Positions 49,726 to 59,068 of a stretch of 64,000 nt of DNA are shown here, one piece after another. The number at the start of each line of letters is the position of its first letter. Positions within the stretch are counted from its first letter, which is position 1. A program made the translations under genes and the position numbers. The notes beneath the pieces were generated by a model. That model had not been told where the DNA came from. It saw only the letters and a list, made by a program, of their open reading frames with translations, and made no database searches. Origin of the DNA: Candidatus Campbellbacteria bacterium (GTDB lineage Bacteria > Patescibacteriota > Minisyncoccia > Phycocordibacterales > EsbW-18); assembly GCA_024653945.1 (NCBI GenBank), contig JANLIT010000002.1:146508-210507 (forward strand), in the 5' to 3' direction.

Positions 49726-49989
49726 AAAGGTTACAAATAGGAGACATAGGTCAGATGCCCAGAAAAAGTCTCCAAGATACTAATAATGGTAAAAGTATAG
49801 CATAATCTAAAAAATGGCTCAACTAAGCCACTTTTAAAGGTACTGGTTGACAGACTCTAGAAAGTATTTTCCTCTATTGACAAAACTTGCCCTAGGGTTA
49901 TAATAAAGGACCTTTCTTCGAAAGACCGTCCCTTGTGGGCGGCCTTTTGTATCTATGAGAATAGGTACAGCGAGGCGAGGCAAAACTAT

Positions 49990-50580
49990 ATGAAATCAAA
50001 AATTCTAGCAAGCTTTCCAAGTTTTTCAGCCAAAGTATGTGCTTTCGGTCTTATTCACGTATTAACGTTTGGTACAGGTGTTAATCTTCTCTCAAATCCA
50101 TCCGTTGTTACGGCTGCGATTGCAGGGGATGAGGCAACACCGGTCGTTGATGTACAGGATGAAATTTTGTGGTTTGCCCGAGCTATTTATTCGGAAACCA
50201 AAGTTCCCGCTGAGCAAACACTCGTTGCGTGGGTTATTCGTAACCGTGTTGAATCAGGCAAGTTCCGCGACACCTACAAAGGAGTAGTGTTACAACCCGG
50301 TCAGTTTTCAGGATTTTCTTCTGTTGACGCGCAGTATGGTATTAACTCATCACTGACACTTGAAGATGAGAATCCTTCATGGAAAAGTGCGGTTGCAATT
50401 GCGGAGGCGGTGTATGTTGCTAATCCAATATTACGCCCCTTGTCTGCAGATGTGCTTCACTTCTATTCACCAATTTCTGTTGTGAATACCCCAAAGTGGG
50501 CGCAAGGACGTGACGCAGACCACGTGGTTCGCGATATGCGAGGAAACGCACGTTTTGCCTTCTACGCCGATATACTATAA
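49990..50580 (+). CDS. Cell wall hydrolase (SleB/Hydrolase_2 family)
   Basis: 'ARAIYSE', 'VAWVIRNRV', 'QFS', 'HFY'; TTGACA-17-TATAAT promoter near 49877-49905. Confidence 0.85.
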   Translation: MKSKILASFPSFSAKVCAFGLIHVLTFGTGVNLLSNPSVVTAAIAGDEATPVVDVQDEILWFARAIYSETKVPAEQTLVAWVIRNRVESGKFRDTYKGVVLQPGQFSGFSSVDAQYGINSSLTLEDENPSWKSAVAIAEAVYVANPILRPLSADVLHFYSPISVVNTPKWAQGRDADHVVRDMRGNARFAFYADIL

Positions 50581-50698
50581 ACAAAACAAAACCACCCCGC
50601 ACATTTCTGTGCGGGGTGGTTTTTGTATACAAATTGCTTTTCTTCTGCTATACATGCAGATAGGTTTGGTCTTTTAATCAACGAATATGGAGGGTGCC

Positions 50699-52027
50699 AT
50701 GGTTCAAACACTTCGTCGTGTGGCAGCAAAGGCCCGGGCGGTACGGTCAGAAGACCTCTTTTACTGTCCTGTCCATCGGTCTAGAATTAGTGTTGGGGCA
50801 TGTAAGGCATTCTGCTCTGTTCCGCAGAACAACACGGAACGGTGCACGAGGGAGTTTCACTGCGAGTCGCCGTGGCGACTCTGCTGGGCGTGTCTTCTGA
50901 ACCACGGTTTAGGAGAGAGGGGTGGTGTGGCAGAAAACAAGGACCGCGGACTCTGTGATTTTCATCTCAAGAACGGTATTGAGAAGCGTCCCGATTGGGC
51001 GCCAAAGAGAGATGGAGAAAGCGGGCACGGTTCTTCTATCGACGACATCTCAGACCGTATCAGGAGTCACTCGCACACGGCGGGGGGTGGAGGAAGCGGT
51101 ACAGTAAAGACACAGAAGACTATCCATCTCGTCAAAGGGAAACAAGTTCCCGTCGACACCGTTCTTGAAGTTGACTGTGCGCTGGTAGTTCCTCTGAGTG
51201 AACAGCCACGCACGTACTTCGACAAAGATGAGCTCGAGGGTCTCCTCAACTCAATTGCCGAAGCGGGGCAGATTCAGACCGTTCCGGCGGTTTCACTTCC
51301 CGACGGCACATTCCGCATTCGTGATGGTGAACGACGGTGGCGAGTGTGCACGAAGCTCAAGCGTCCGCTACGTGTCGTTGTCGTTCCCGAGCTTCCTCAT
51401 GAGGAGGAGATTGAACAGGCGGCAATCGCAAACTTCCTTCGGCAAGGTCACACACCGATTGAACAAGCGCGCATCTTCATGCGACTCAAGGAAGGACCGC
51501 TGAAGCGCACCGTCGCGAAGATTGGTCAGATGTTTGGCATGACGACCGCGAGCGTCTACAACCACCTCATCCTCATCGAGAAGCTCGACGTGCGCGTTCA
51601 GAATCTCATGGATCCGGTGAAGCAGGGAAGTTCAAAAGCAATCCTGCGTCCCTCGGTGGCTCAGTATCTCACCGCATTTCACGAACGTCCTGAAGAGCAG
51701 GTGGGGCTCGCGCGAGAAATTATGAAGCGCAAGCTCAACCTGCGCGAAGCAAAGACCTTGATCGACAAGTATGCCGACAAGCTCAAGATCAAGACGGGGC
51801 GTGGGCGAGAGGCACAACCGTATGACCACATCCGGACTATCAAACGGACGATGGCAAACACCAGTATCGTTCTCGATCGGTTCTCGGAATTCTCCGACGA
51901 CGATTGGGAGCGTCTGTGGAAGACGCACTCATGGACCGAGCGGGAACTTGTTGCCAATCGTTTGACCACGCTCATCAAACGACTACAGGAGCTCCAAGGT
52001 CACGTTGACCGGACGCTCAAAGGTTAG
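50699..52027 (+). CDS. ParB/Spo0J-domain protein with N-terminal Cys/His-rich extension
   Basis: 'QPRTYFD..ELEGL..SI...GQIQ', 'DGERRWR', 'N..R....PIEQA', HTH; SD ggaggg. Confidence 0.8.
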   Translation: MVQTLRRVAAKARAVRSEDLFYCPVHRSRISVGACKAFCSVPQNNTERCTREFHCESPWRLCWACLLNHGLGERGGVAENKDRGLCDFHLKNGIEKRPDWAPKRDGESGHGSSIDDISDRIRSHSHTAGGGGSGTVKTQKTIHLVKGKQVPVDTVLEVDCALVVPLSEQPRTYFDKDELEGLLNSIAEAGQIQTVPAVSLPDGTFRIRDGERRWRVCTKLKRPLRVVVVPELPHEEEIEQAAIANFLRQGHTPIEQARIFMRLKEGPLKRTVAKIGQMFGMTTASVYNHLILIEKLDVRVQNLMDPVKQGSSKAILRPSVAQYLTAFHERPEEQVGLAREIMKRKLNLREAKTLIDKYADKLKIKTGRGREAQPYDHIRTIKRTMANTSIVLDRFSEFSDDDWERLWKTHSWTERELVANRLTTLIKRLQELQGHVDRTLKG

Positions 52028-52232
52028 TGTGAAGAAGGTCTTTTTGCGGCGCGGTGGGGAAGTCCCTACCGCGTCGTTTTGTTTTTCATACAATATATAG
52101 AGCACACAAAAGACCTTGACTTTTACGTAATTCCAAGTATAATCGTCCTCGGAAGTAGCTTGTAAACTAAGAAACAAAAGAAGTACAAAACTGGAGCATA
52201 CTGCTCCACAACTCTCTCGAAAGGAGAGCAAC

Positions 52233-53462
52233 ATGCGAAAGCTCGCGATAGCGCTGTCTGTCCTCGTTCTCATGATCGTCGCCGTTCCGGCGATGGCATT
52301 CGAGATTACTCCAAACAACCCGATCGACAACGGCAATTTCGCCAAGTCGACGGCGTCGTGCGACGGCAAGTTCCTGATCGGACAGTCCGGTCAGAACAAT
52401 GTTGAAGTGTACACCCACGCGGGTGTCTACCTCAACTCGTTTGGGGCACCTAGCTACCAGCTCTCCGGATTCTTCGGTGAGTCGTTGGCCGTCACTCCCA
52501 ACTGCGCGACGGCCGTCGTCGGCGCCAAGGGGTACGATGGCACCGGTGCCATCTTCGTCTTCGACTGGAACGCATCTCTGGGTGAGTATCAATTCGTCGT
52601 GAAGAAAACGGCGGCGGGGCTCGTCCCGGGCGATGACTTCGGTCAGTCGGTCGCGGTGACCGACGATGGTCAAACCGCCTTTGGCGCGTCGTACCTCAAG
52701 AACAAAGTGTCTTCGTTCGCGCGGTCTGCAAGTTGGACCGAACACGTCGTTTCGATGCCCGATCTTTCGGCTAGCGATTACGCGGGGTTCGCCCTGTGTG
52801 TCGCGGGCGACGACTTGGGTGTCGGTGTTCCTCTGCAGTACAACAGCGGCATTCCCGGTGCACTCTACGTTCACCGAAAAAATACTGGTGGCGCAGGAAA
52901 CTGGGGGTACGTGACCAAGTTCACAGGCCTCGAGCGTCTCGGGTATTCATGCGGAGGGAGCGGACCACGTTTCATCTCCGGCGCTCCGCTTCACAACTTC
53001 GACACACTTCCTCCAGGGTCTGGTGCTGGACAAGGACAGGGTGTTGTGGTGACGTTCCGCCGACACGTCGGCGGGTCGTACACCGTCGAGCATACCTTTG
53101 CCCCCTCGCTCGGCTTCGCCGAGTGCGGTACGTCCGTCGGGATTTCCGGGATCAACGTCATGTTCGGCTGTCCGTACGCGGACGTGGGTTCGGTGGACGA
53201 TGGAAAGTCCAACGCCTTCTCTCGGGCAAACGGTCTGGGGAACTGGACTTCCGAGTTCACCCTGTTCGACAACGACCCACAGGTACTCGATCGTGTCGGA
53301 TTCTCCTGCGCTGTCGGTGGTGGGGAGGGGATTGCCGGTGCGCCGTTTTCCGGTGAGGTTGCTACCAATGCCGGAGCCGCATACTACAACACCTACTCGT
53401 TGGTGTTTGCCGACGGCTTCGAGTACGGCGATACGTTGGAGTGGTCGTCCGCCGTTCCGTAA
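52233..53462 (+). CDS. Secreted FG-GAP-like beta-propeller protein with C-terminal 'FADGFE.GD..WS' motif
   Basis: Signal peptide; repeats 'FGESLAV', 'FGQSVAV', 'LGYSC', 'GAP'; SD aaggag. Confidence 0.8.
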   Translation: MRKLAIALSVLVLMIVAVPAMAFEITPNNPIDNGNFAKSTASCDGKFLIGQSGQNNVEVYTHAGVYLNSFGAPSYQLSGFFGESLAVTPNCATAVVGAKGYDGTGAIFVFDWNASLGEYQFVVKKTAAGLVPGDDFGQSVAVTDDGQTAFGASYLKNKVSSFARSASWTEHVVSMPDLSASDYAGFALCVAGDDLGVGVPLQYNSGIPGALYVHRKNTGGAGNWGYVTKFTGLERLGYSCGGSGPRFISGAPLHNFDTLPPGSGAGQGQGVVVTFRRHVGGSYTVEHTFAPSLGFAECGTSVGISGINVMFGCPYADVGSVDDGKSNAFSRANGLGNWTSEFTLFDNDPQVLDRVGFSCAVGGGEGIAGAPFSGEVATNAGAAYYNTYSLVFADGFEYGDTLEWSSAVP

Positions 53463-53615
53463 GTTTCTTGGTTTTCTTCGCGCCGGGCACCCTTCACAGG
53501 GAGCCCGGTGTTTTTTTATCCAGCACTTATGTTAAGTGCTGGATTTATTTCTTTTGGAGGAGCTAAGCTCCTCCAAACTAATCTGGATTTTATCTCACGG
53601 ATATATACTGAACAC

Positions 53616-54488
53616 ATGCGCTCATGGAAACTATATCTTTTTGCACTCGCGCTTCTTGTTTTTATAACGGGAAGTATTTGGTATGTTGCACACCAATTTG
53701 AACGTGAGCCAGTTTTAACCGTTGCATTTTTAGATATTGGACAAGGCGACTCTATATTTATTGAAAGCCCGTCGGGAAAGCAGATGCTTATTGATGGTGG
53801 TCCAGACAAGCATGTCATACAACAACTCTCTCGTGTGATGCCGTTTTTTGATAGAAGCGTTGATGTCGTTCTCAACACACATCCGGACAAAGACCACATC
53901 GGCGGATTGCCCGAGATACTGCGTCGCTATGATGTGTCGTACGTTATGGATCCAGGAATTGAATCGGACAGTGGAACGTACGGATACTACATACAACTTG
54001 TCGAACAGGAAATACAGAAGGGCGGAAAATATATTGAAGCTCGGCGAGGACAAATAATTAATTTTCAAGATGGTGCATACGTGCGCATTTTATTTCCTGA
54101 CCGTGACGTAAGCGCTGTGACAAACAATAACAATGCATCTATTGTTGTGCAGGTTGTGTATGGAAACACAGAAGTGATGCTGACAGGTGACGCACCACAA
54201 AGTATTGAAAAATATGTGGTGGCGCTTGACGGAGCAACACTCAAGAGTGATATTTTGAAAGCGGGACACCATGGTTCACGAACATCAAGCTCTCCTGAAT
54301 TTGTACGAGCAGTTTCTCCGACGTACGCGATTATTTCTGCGGGAAAAGATAATCAGTATGGCCACCCACACAAAGAGGTTATGCAACTTTTTGCATCATC
54401 AAGCATTCAAACCCTCGCCACATACGACCTCGGTATAATCATTTTTGAAAGCGACGGGAAAACAGTAAAAGTAGAAAGTGGTATGTAG
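53616..54488 (+). CDS. ComEC/Rec2-type MBL-fold metallo-hydrolase
   Basis: 'LDIGQGD', 'THPDKDHIGG', 'TGDA', 'GHHGS', 'YGHP'. Confidence 0.92.
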   Translation: MRSWKLYLFALALLVFITGSIWYVAHQFEREPVLTVAFLDIGQGDSIFIESPSGKQMLIDGGPDKHVIQQLSRVMPFFDRSVDVVLNTHPDKDHIGGLPEILRRYDVSYVMDPGIESDSGTYGYYIQLVEQEIQKGGKYIEARRGQIINFQDGAYVRILFPDRDVSAVTNNNNASIVVQVVYGNTEVMLTGDAPQSIEKYVVALDGATLKSDILKAGHHGSRTSSSPEFVRAVSPTYAIISAGKDNQYGHPHKEVMQLFASSSIQTLATYDLGIIIFESDGKTVKVESGM

Positions 54489-54600
54489 TAAGCACAGAAG
54501 TTCAACTCTGCCGGGGTGGGGTTTCCACGGTGAACGGTGTATGGTTTCATACACACGTGCTATTATGTATGGACGTTATTACCTTATCTATATAAACACT

Positions 54601-55260
54601 ATGTCAGAAAAAATAACCAAATATCTCACACCTGTCGTCGCACTGTTCTTCGCAACTGCGCTTGGCGTTACCGCCGCAACTACTATTGGGACGGACATTG
54701 TGACAGGGGGAATCCTTACCGTAACAGGTACTTCAACATTATCGGGGAATATACAGGGACTCGCAGGTGTTGAACAACCCAGAGCCCTGTTCGGCGACAC
54801 TGAAGCAGTTTTGTATGGTGATGGCGCAACACCGCCAAGTATTACTTTGGGTGGAACCGCTGTTTCTCTCTTTAGTCCTGATACTTCATCAAATGTTACC
54901 GTGCAAGATACCTCTGCAAGCATAACCTCAGGACTCGCATCTATTACGGTGTATAGTTCAGATTCCATTTCTATTTCTACCTCAAACCTGCAAGTCCCCG
55001 CCCTTATCACTGCAGGAAACGACACCGTGATTGACGCGGGAGGTGACGGGACAGCACTCTCATTTGATTCTTCTGGTGGTGGTCCGGTGAAGTCAAACGT
55101 CCCTTTTGCCATCCCGTCTGCCGCAACCCTTCCTGCCTGTTCCAGCGGTATTGCACCTGCCGGATTTGCTGCGCTTATGTTGGATACAACCGGCCCCGAC
55201 TTATGTTTCTGTAACGGTACTTCCTGGGCACCCGTTGATGGGACGGGCACGTGCTCGTAA
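54601..55260 (+). CDS. Secreted Ser/Thr/Gly-rich hypothetical protein
   Basis: Signal peptide, 'ATTIGTDI'; C-terminal 'LCFCNGTSW'. Confidence 0.7.
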   Translation: MSEKITKYLTPVVALFFATALGVTAATTIGTDIVTGGILTVTGTSTLSGNIQGLAGVEQPRALFGDTEAVLYGDGATPPSITLGGTAVSLFSPDTSSNVTVQDTSASITSGLASITVYSSDSISISTSNLQVPALITAGNDTVIDAGGDGTALSFDSSGGGPVKSNVPFAIPSAATLPACSSGIAPAGFAALMLDTTGPDLCFCNGTSWAPVDGTGTCS

Positions 55261-55397
55261 TTTGTAATTTATTAAGGTGGCATTTATAAACAAAAATCAC
55301 GCTTTGTGTCTGTAACAGTACTGCGTATGTGTTAGTTTCAGATACAGTAACGGCTTGTACTTTTAACGCAAACTAATTACATTAATACACACCAGAT

Positions 55398-55919
55398 ATG
55401 AAACATATACAAACTCTTGTTTTTGTGGCGATGTTATTTGTTTGTGGTTTTGTTCTTACTCCAAAAACATACGCGACGTTTGACGAGGTCACACTTGAAA
55501 CAGCGGCGATTATTACCGTTGGTGTGTACGATTTAACTATCTATGGAAGCAGTGCCGAAATCGCAAGTATAACCGTTGATGAAAATGATTTTTCAGTTAC
55601 CATCGAGAATGGTTCCGCTATTGTCGTTGCTTCAGCGGATAGGGTTGCTTTTTCACACGACGGGAATGCACTGTATGTAACAAGTGAAGTATGTAGTGAT
55701 ACCGAATCTCGCCTTGGTCTTGCTTCTGCAAGCGACACCACAACAATAACAGTTACTCCTTCAGGAACGTGTACATCTGAATCCGTGGGTGGGGGTTCTT
55801 CAGGAAGGAGACATGTTCTTGTTCCTCAAAATACCCAAACACTTCTCGAACAGTTCCAACTGCAGCTGATTGAGCTTCTCAAACAATATCTTGCGTTACT
55901 CGTGGCCTCGATGCACTAG
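55398..55919 (+). CDS. Secreted hypothetical protein
   Basis: Signal peptide; C-terminal amphipathic helix 'QLIELLKQYLALL'. Confidence 0.7.
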   Translation: MKHIQTLVFVAMLFVCGFVLTPKTYATFDEVTLETAAIITVGVYDLTIYGSSAEIASITVDENDFSVTIENGSAIVVASADRVAFSHDGNALYVTSEVCSDTESRLGLASASDTTTITVTPSGTCTSESVGGGSSGRRHVLVPQNTQTLLEQFQLQLIELLKQYLALLVASMH

Positions 55920-55926
55920 TTGGTAG

Positions 55927-55966
55927 CCCCGACGCTACGGTCGGGGTCCCGACTGAAACGTCGGGA
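55927..55966. repeat. Double hairpin of the CCCGAC..GTCGGG palindrome family
   Basis: ccccgacgctacggtcgggg tcccgactgaaacgtcggga; related to 14979-14997. Confidence 0.7.
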
Positions 55967-56018
55967 AAAGTAGAAAGCAAAAACACTCGGCATACTGCCG
56001 AGTGTTTTTTGTTGAAAC

Positions 56019-56273
56019 CTATTTGAGGGCGCCGACTTTCTTGAGGGCGGCATACGCACCATTTTTGCGAATTGTTTTCATGCCACGGTTTGACACGACA
56101 ACGTGTACACTTTTTCCGAGTTCAGGAATAAAAAGCTTGCGCTTCTGTAAGTTGGCCTTTCGGCGCTTCTTACCTCGTTTTACGCCAGGGTTAAACTGTG
56201 TCGCACGTGTTCTGTTGCTGTAGCGACCAGCGGTTAGTGTTGTTGCTCCTGTTATTACGCATTCTTTGGACAT
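56019..56273 (-). CDS. rpmB: 50S ribosomal protein L28
   Basis: 'MSKECVITG', 'KANLQKRKLF', 'GMKTIRKNG'. Confidence 0.92.
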   Translation of the reverse strand: MSKECVITGATTLTAGRYSNRTRATQFNPGVKRGKKRRKANLQKRKLFIPELGKSVHVVVSNRGMKTIRKNGAYAALKKVGALK

Positions 56274-56337
56274 AAATCATTTATGAGAAATTTGACTTTA
56301 TTGAAACTTGATACTAGCACAGTAAAATGTGCCAGTC

Positions 56338-56795
56338 AAAGCCCAAAATCCAAAGCACAAAGCTCAAAAAATGACAAACGAAGTTCAACAAGAGAAGAAA
56401 ATATTTGATTTAGAAGAACGAAGTAGGACATTTGCAATGAATGTTCGACATTTTACGTCCACTCTTCAAAAAACTCAGGCAAATATAGAGGACGGTAAAC
56501 AACTCGTCAGGTCGTCAGGATCAGTGGGGGCTAATTACATTGAGGCAAATGAGTGTTTGAGTCGTAAAGATTTTGTTTTTCGTATACGAATTTGTCGTAA
56601 AGAATCTCGAGAAAGTAGCTATTGGCTTAGCCTTATTTCAATTAACACCGAGGAACTCGAAGGAGTCCGAAAACGCTTATACCGTGAGTCGTTGGAACTT
56701 GCTCGAATATTTAGTACTATCATGTGGAACACTGAAGCCAAAATAAAATCTTCTAAATAATTTTTTTGGATTTTGTACTTTGAGCTTTGTGCTTT
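56338..56795 (+). mobile_element. Four-helix-bundle gene cassette with heptamer-repeat inverted arms
   Basis: Left arm aaagcccaaaatccaaagcacaaagctcaaa; right arm ttggattttgtactttgagctttgtgcttt (reverse-complement units). Confidence 0.65.
56371..56760 (+). CDS. Four helix bundle protein (23S rRNA IVP / TIGR02436 family)
   Basis: 'DLEER', 'QLVRSSGSVGANYIEA', 'SRKDF', 'KE..ES.YWL', 'E..EL..IF'. Confidence 0.93.
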   Translation: MTNEVQQEKKIFDLEERSRTFAMNVRHFTSTLQKTQANIEDGKQLVRSSGSVGANYIEANECLSRKDFVFRIRICRKESRESSYWLSLISINTEELEGVRKRLYRESLELARIFSTIMWNTEAKIKSSK

Positions 56796-56802
56796 CCTCA
56801 TC

Positions 56803-57411
56803 ATGTCTGAAACCATTATTGTTATTGCTATTGTAATGTTGTCTGTCGTTTTGCACGAAGTGGCGCATGGCTACATGGCAAATGCATTAGGCGACCCGAC
56901 CGCACGACTCGCTGGTCGTCTCACACTCAATCCAATTTCTCACCTTGACCTCATTGGTTCTATTATTGTTCCAACCGTCACATGGCTTTCGGGAGGATTT
57001 ATTTTTGGATGGGCAAAACCGGTTCCATACAATCCGTACAATTTGCGTGCGGGGAAGTGGAGCGAAGCGTACGTTGCCCTTGCTGGTCCTGCAACCAATC
57101 TTCTCCTTGCTCTTATTTTTGGTTTACTCGTTCGTTTTGCGGGAGGGGTACTTCCTCAGGGCGTTCTCTCTGTCGCAGTTCTTGTTGTGGTGACCAATAT
57201 TGCGCTGATGGTATTTAACCTTATCCCTGTACCACCATTGGATGGTTCAAAGGTGCTTATGGCTGTACTCCCACTCCAGTGGGCATCACGTTTTCAGCAA
57301 ATTGAACGATTTGGGTTTATTTTTGTGTTTATTGTGGTTATCGTCGGATGGCGTTTCATTGCGCCCCTCGTCGGCTTCTTGTTTACCCTTATTACCGGCA
57401 TTTCTTTTTAA
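56803..57411 (+). CDS. Site-2 protease (M50) family protein
   Basis: 'HEVAHG', 'GDPT', 'GWAKPVP', 'AGP..N', 'NLIPVPPLDG'. Confidence 0.95.
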   Translation: MSETIIVIAIVMLSVVLHEVAHGYMANALGDPTARLAGRLTLNPISHLDLIGSIIVPTVTWLSGGFIFGWAKPVPYNPYNLRAGKWSEAYVALAGPATNLLLALIFGLLVRFAGGVLPQGVLSVAVLVVVTNIALMVFNLIPVPPLDGSKVLMAVLPLQWASRFQQIERFGFIFVFIVVIVGWRFIAPLVGFLFTLITGISF

Positions 57412-57651
57412 ATCAGGCGGGTCCCCCAAGGGGATTGCGATTTGCAACCCTGCTGTGCAGGGGCAAATCGGGAACTTGCACGAGGGCTCTTTCTATAGTA
57501 TTCTCCCTGAAGCCGCTCCTGCGCCTGCCTGCCGGCAGGCAGGGATTTTTTAAACCGGACCCCGCACTCTCAGAGTGGTAGGGGAAAGAAAAAAAGAGTG
57601 CGGGATGACGACTTTGAAAGTCTCGCCTCGCTCACTAACAAAGTCAGCCAC

Positions 57652-58068
57652 ATGTCTACAATCAACCAACTCATACGAAAGAATCGAAAGAAATCAGCTC
57701 GTAAGACAAAGACGACTGCTCTTGGTCGTGGTTTTAACACACTTGAGAACCGACCATCACGATACCCATCTCCATTTAAGCGTGGTGTGTGTACACAAGT
57801 GAAGACAACAACCCCAAAGAAACCAAACTCGGCTATTCGAAAAATTGCGCGTGTACGATTGACGAACGGTCAGGAAGTAACGGCGTACATTCCAGGAATG
57901 GGACACAAGTTGCAGGAACACTCGGTGGTGCTGTTGCGAGGCGGTCGTGTAAAAGACATCGGAGTTCGTTACACTATTGTTCGTGGAACATTTGATGCTG
58001 AAGGAGTAGAGAAGCGAAGAAAAGGACGAAGTCACTATGGGGCAAAAAGACCAAAAGTAACCAAATAA
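57652..58068 (+). CDS. rpsL: 30S ribosomal protein S12
   Basis: 'TINQL', 'PKKPNSA.RK', 'LQEHS', 'RGGRVKD'. Confidence 0.98.
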   Translation: MSTINQLIRKNRKKSARKTKTTALGRGFNTLENRPSRYPSPFKRGVCTQVKTTTPKKPNSAIRKIARVRLTNGQEVTAYIPGMGHKLQEHSVVLLRGGRVKDIGVRYTIVRGTFDAEGVEKRRKGRSHYGAKRPKVTK

Positions 58069-58160
58069 GCACAAAATCCAAAGCACAAAGCTCAAAAGAA
58101 CTTTAAATTATAAACAATCAAACATTTTTTGGATTTTAAATTTTGAACTTCGAATTTTAA
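58067..58160 (+). repeat. Empty heptamer inverted-arm element between rpsL and rpsG
   Basis: gcacaaaatccaaagcacaaagctcaaaa ... ttttggattttaaattttgaacttcgaatttt; left arm nearly identical to 56338-56368. Confidence 0.8.
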
Positions 58161-58169
58161 CTCATCATT

Positions 58170-58667
58170 ATGCGTCGCAAACTAAAAGAACGAGAAAAAC
58201 ACCCAATGCTTCCAGACCGAGTGTACCACTCAGTTACGGTCAGTAAGCTTATTGCGCACGTGATTAAAGATGGAAAGAAGAGTGTTGCTCAAAAGCTTGT
58301 GTATGATGCATTTGATATTTTGAAGACAAAGAACAACATTGAAGATCCTTCGGCATTTTTGGAACAAACAATTCAAAGTGTTGCGCCAACAATGGAAGTT
58401 CGCTCACGACGTGTGGGAGGTGCAAACTACCAGGTTCCTCATCCGGTTCGTCCCGCACGACAATTGGCCCTCGCACTTCGCTGGATTCTTGAAGGCGCTC
58501 GTGCAAAGAAAGGTGCAGATTTTGCAACACGACTCGCAGGAGAATTGCTTGCCGCAAGTAAAGGGGAGGGAGGTGCCATGGCAAAGCGTGACAACGTTCA
58601 CAAAATGGCAGAAGCCAACAAAGCATTTGCTCACTTCGCACTTGCGAGACCGAAAAAAAGAACGTAG
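58170..58667 (+). CDS. rpsG: 30S ribosomal protein S7
   Basis: 'GKKSVAQ', 'EVRSRRVGGANYQVP', 'HKMAEANKAFAHF'. Confidence 0.98.
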   Translation: MRRKLKEREKHPMLPDRVYHSVTVSKLIAHVIKDGKKSVAQKLVYDAFDILKTKNNIEDPSAFLEQTIQSVAPTMEVRSRRVGGANYQVPHPVRPARQLALALRWILEGARAKKGADFATRLAGELLAASKGEGGAMAKRDNVHKMAEANKAFAHFALARPKKRT

Positions 58668-58783
58668 TCATCATTTTTTCAAACACGAAAACCGCCAACT
58701 GGCGGTTTTTTGTTGACATAAATATCGAGAAAGAGTAGTGTGTTTTTAGGTTTTGTACTCTGTCTACAAAGAAAGGAAAAACA

Positions 58784-59068
58784 ATGACCACCGTTTCGCT
58801 GGAAAAGCTTCGAGAGGCCGTCGACTTTCTCAAGGGGGAAGAAGAAAGACTTCGACAGGTTTGTAAGCGAGCCTGTTACTGCGAAGAGAATCACATGGAT
58901 CTCAAAGGGGCGTGCCACCATTGCAACACTCACGGTCTCGTTTTCGATCTTGCGAAGACGGGTGGAAAAATTCTCGAGATGGAGACGGAGGAATTCCACA
59001 TCGAAGCACCGACCTTTCTCGCTCGTGTGCAGAAGCAGTTTCCTAAGGCAGCCGCAGCGGCTATCTGA
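58784..59068 (+). CDS. Small hypothetical protein with Cys/His cluster, inserted in the str operon
   Basis: Own TTGACA promoter, SD aaagga, 'C..C.C...H....C..C..H', hairpin after the stop. Confidence 0.6.
   Translation: MTTVSLEKLREAVDFLKGEEERLRQVCKRACYCEENHMDLKGACHHCNTHGLVFDLAKTGGKILEMETEEFHIEAPTFLARVQKQFPKAAAAAI

Noticed and set aside
49905-49950. Possible riboswitch upstream of the cell wall hydrolase
   Set aside because: Two small hairpins only; no recognisable aptamer consensus.
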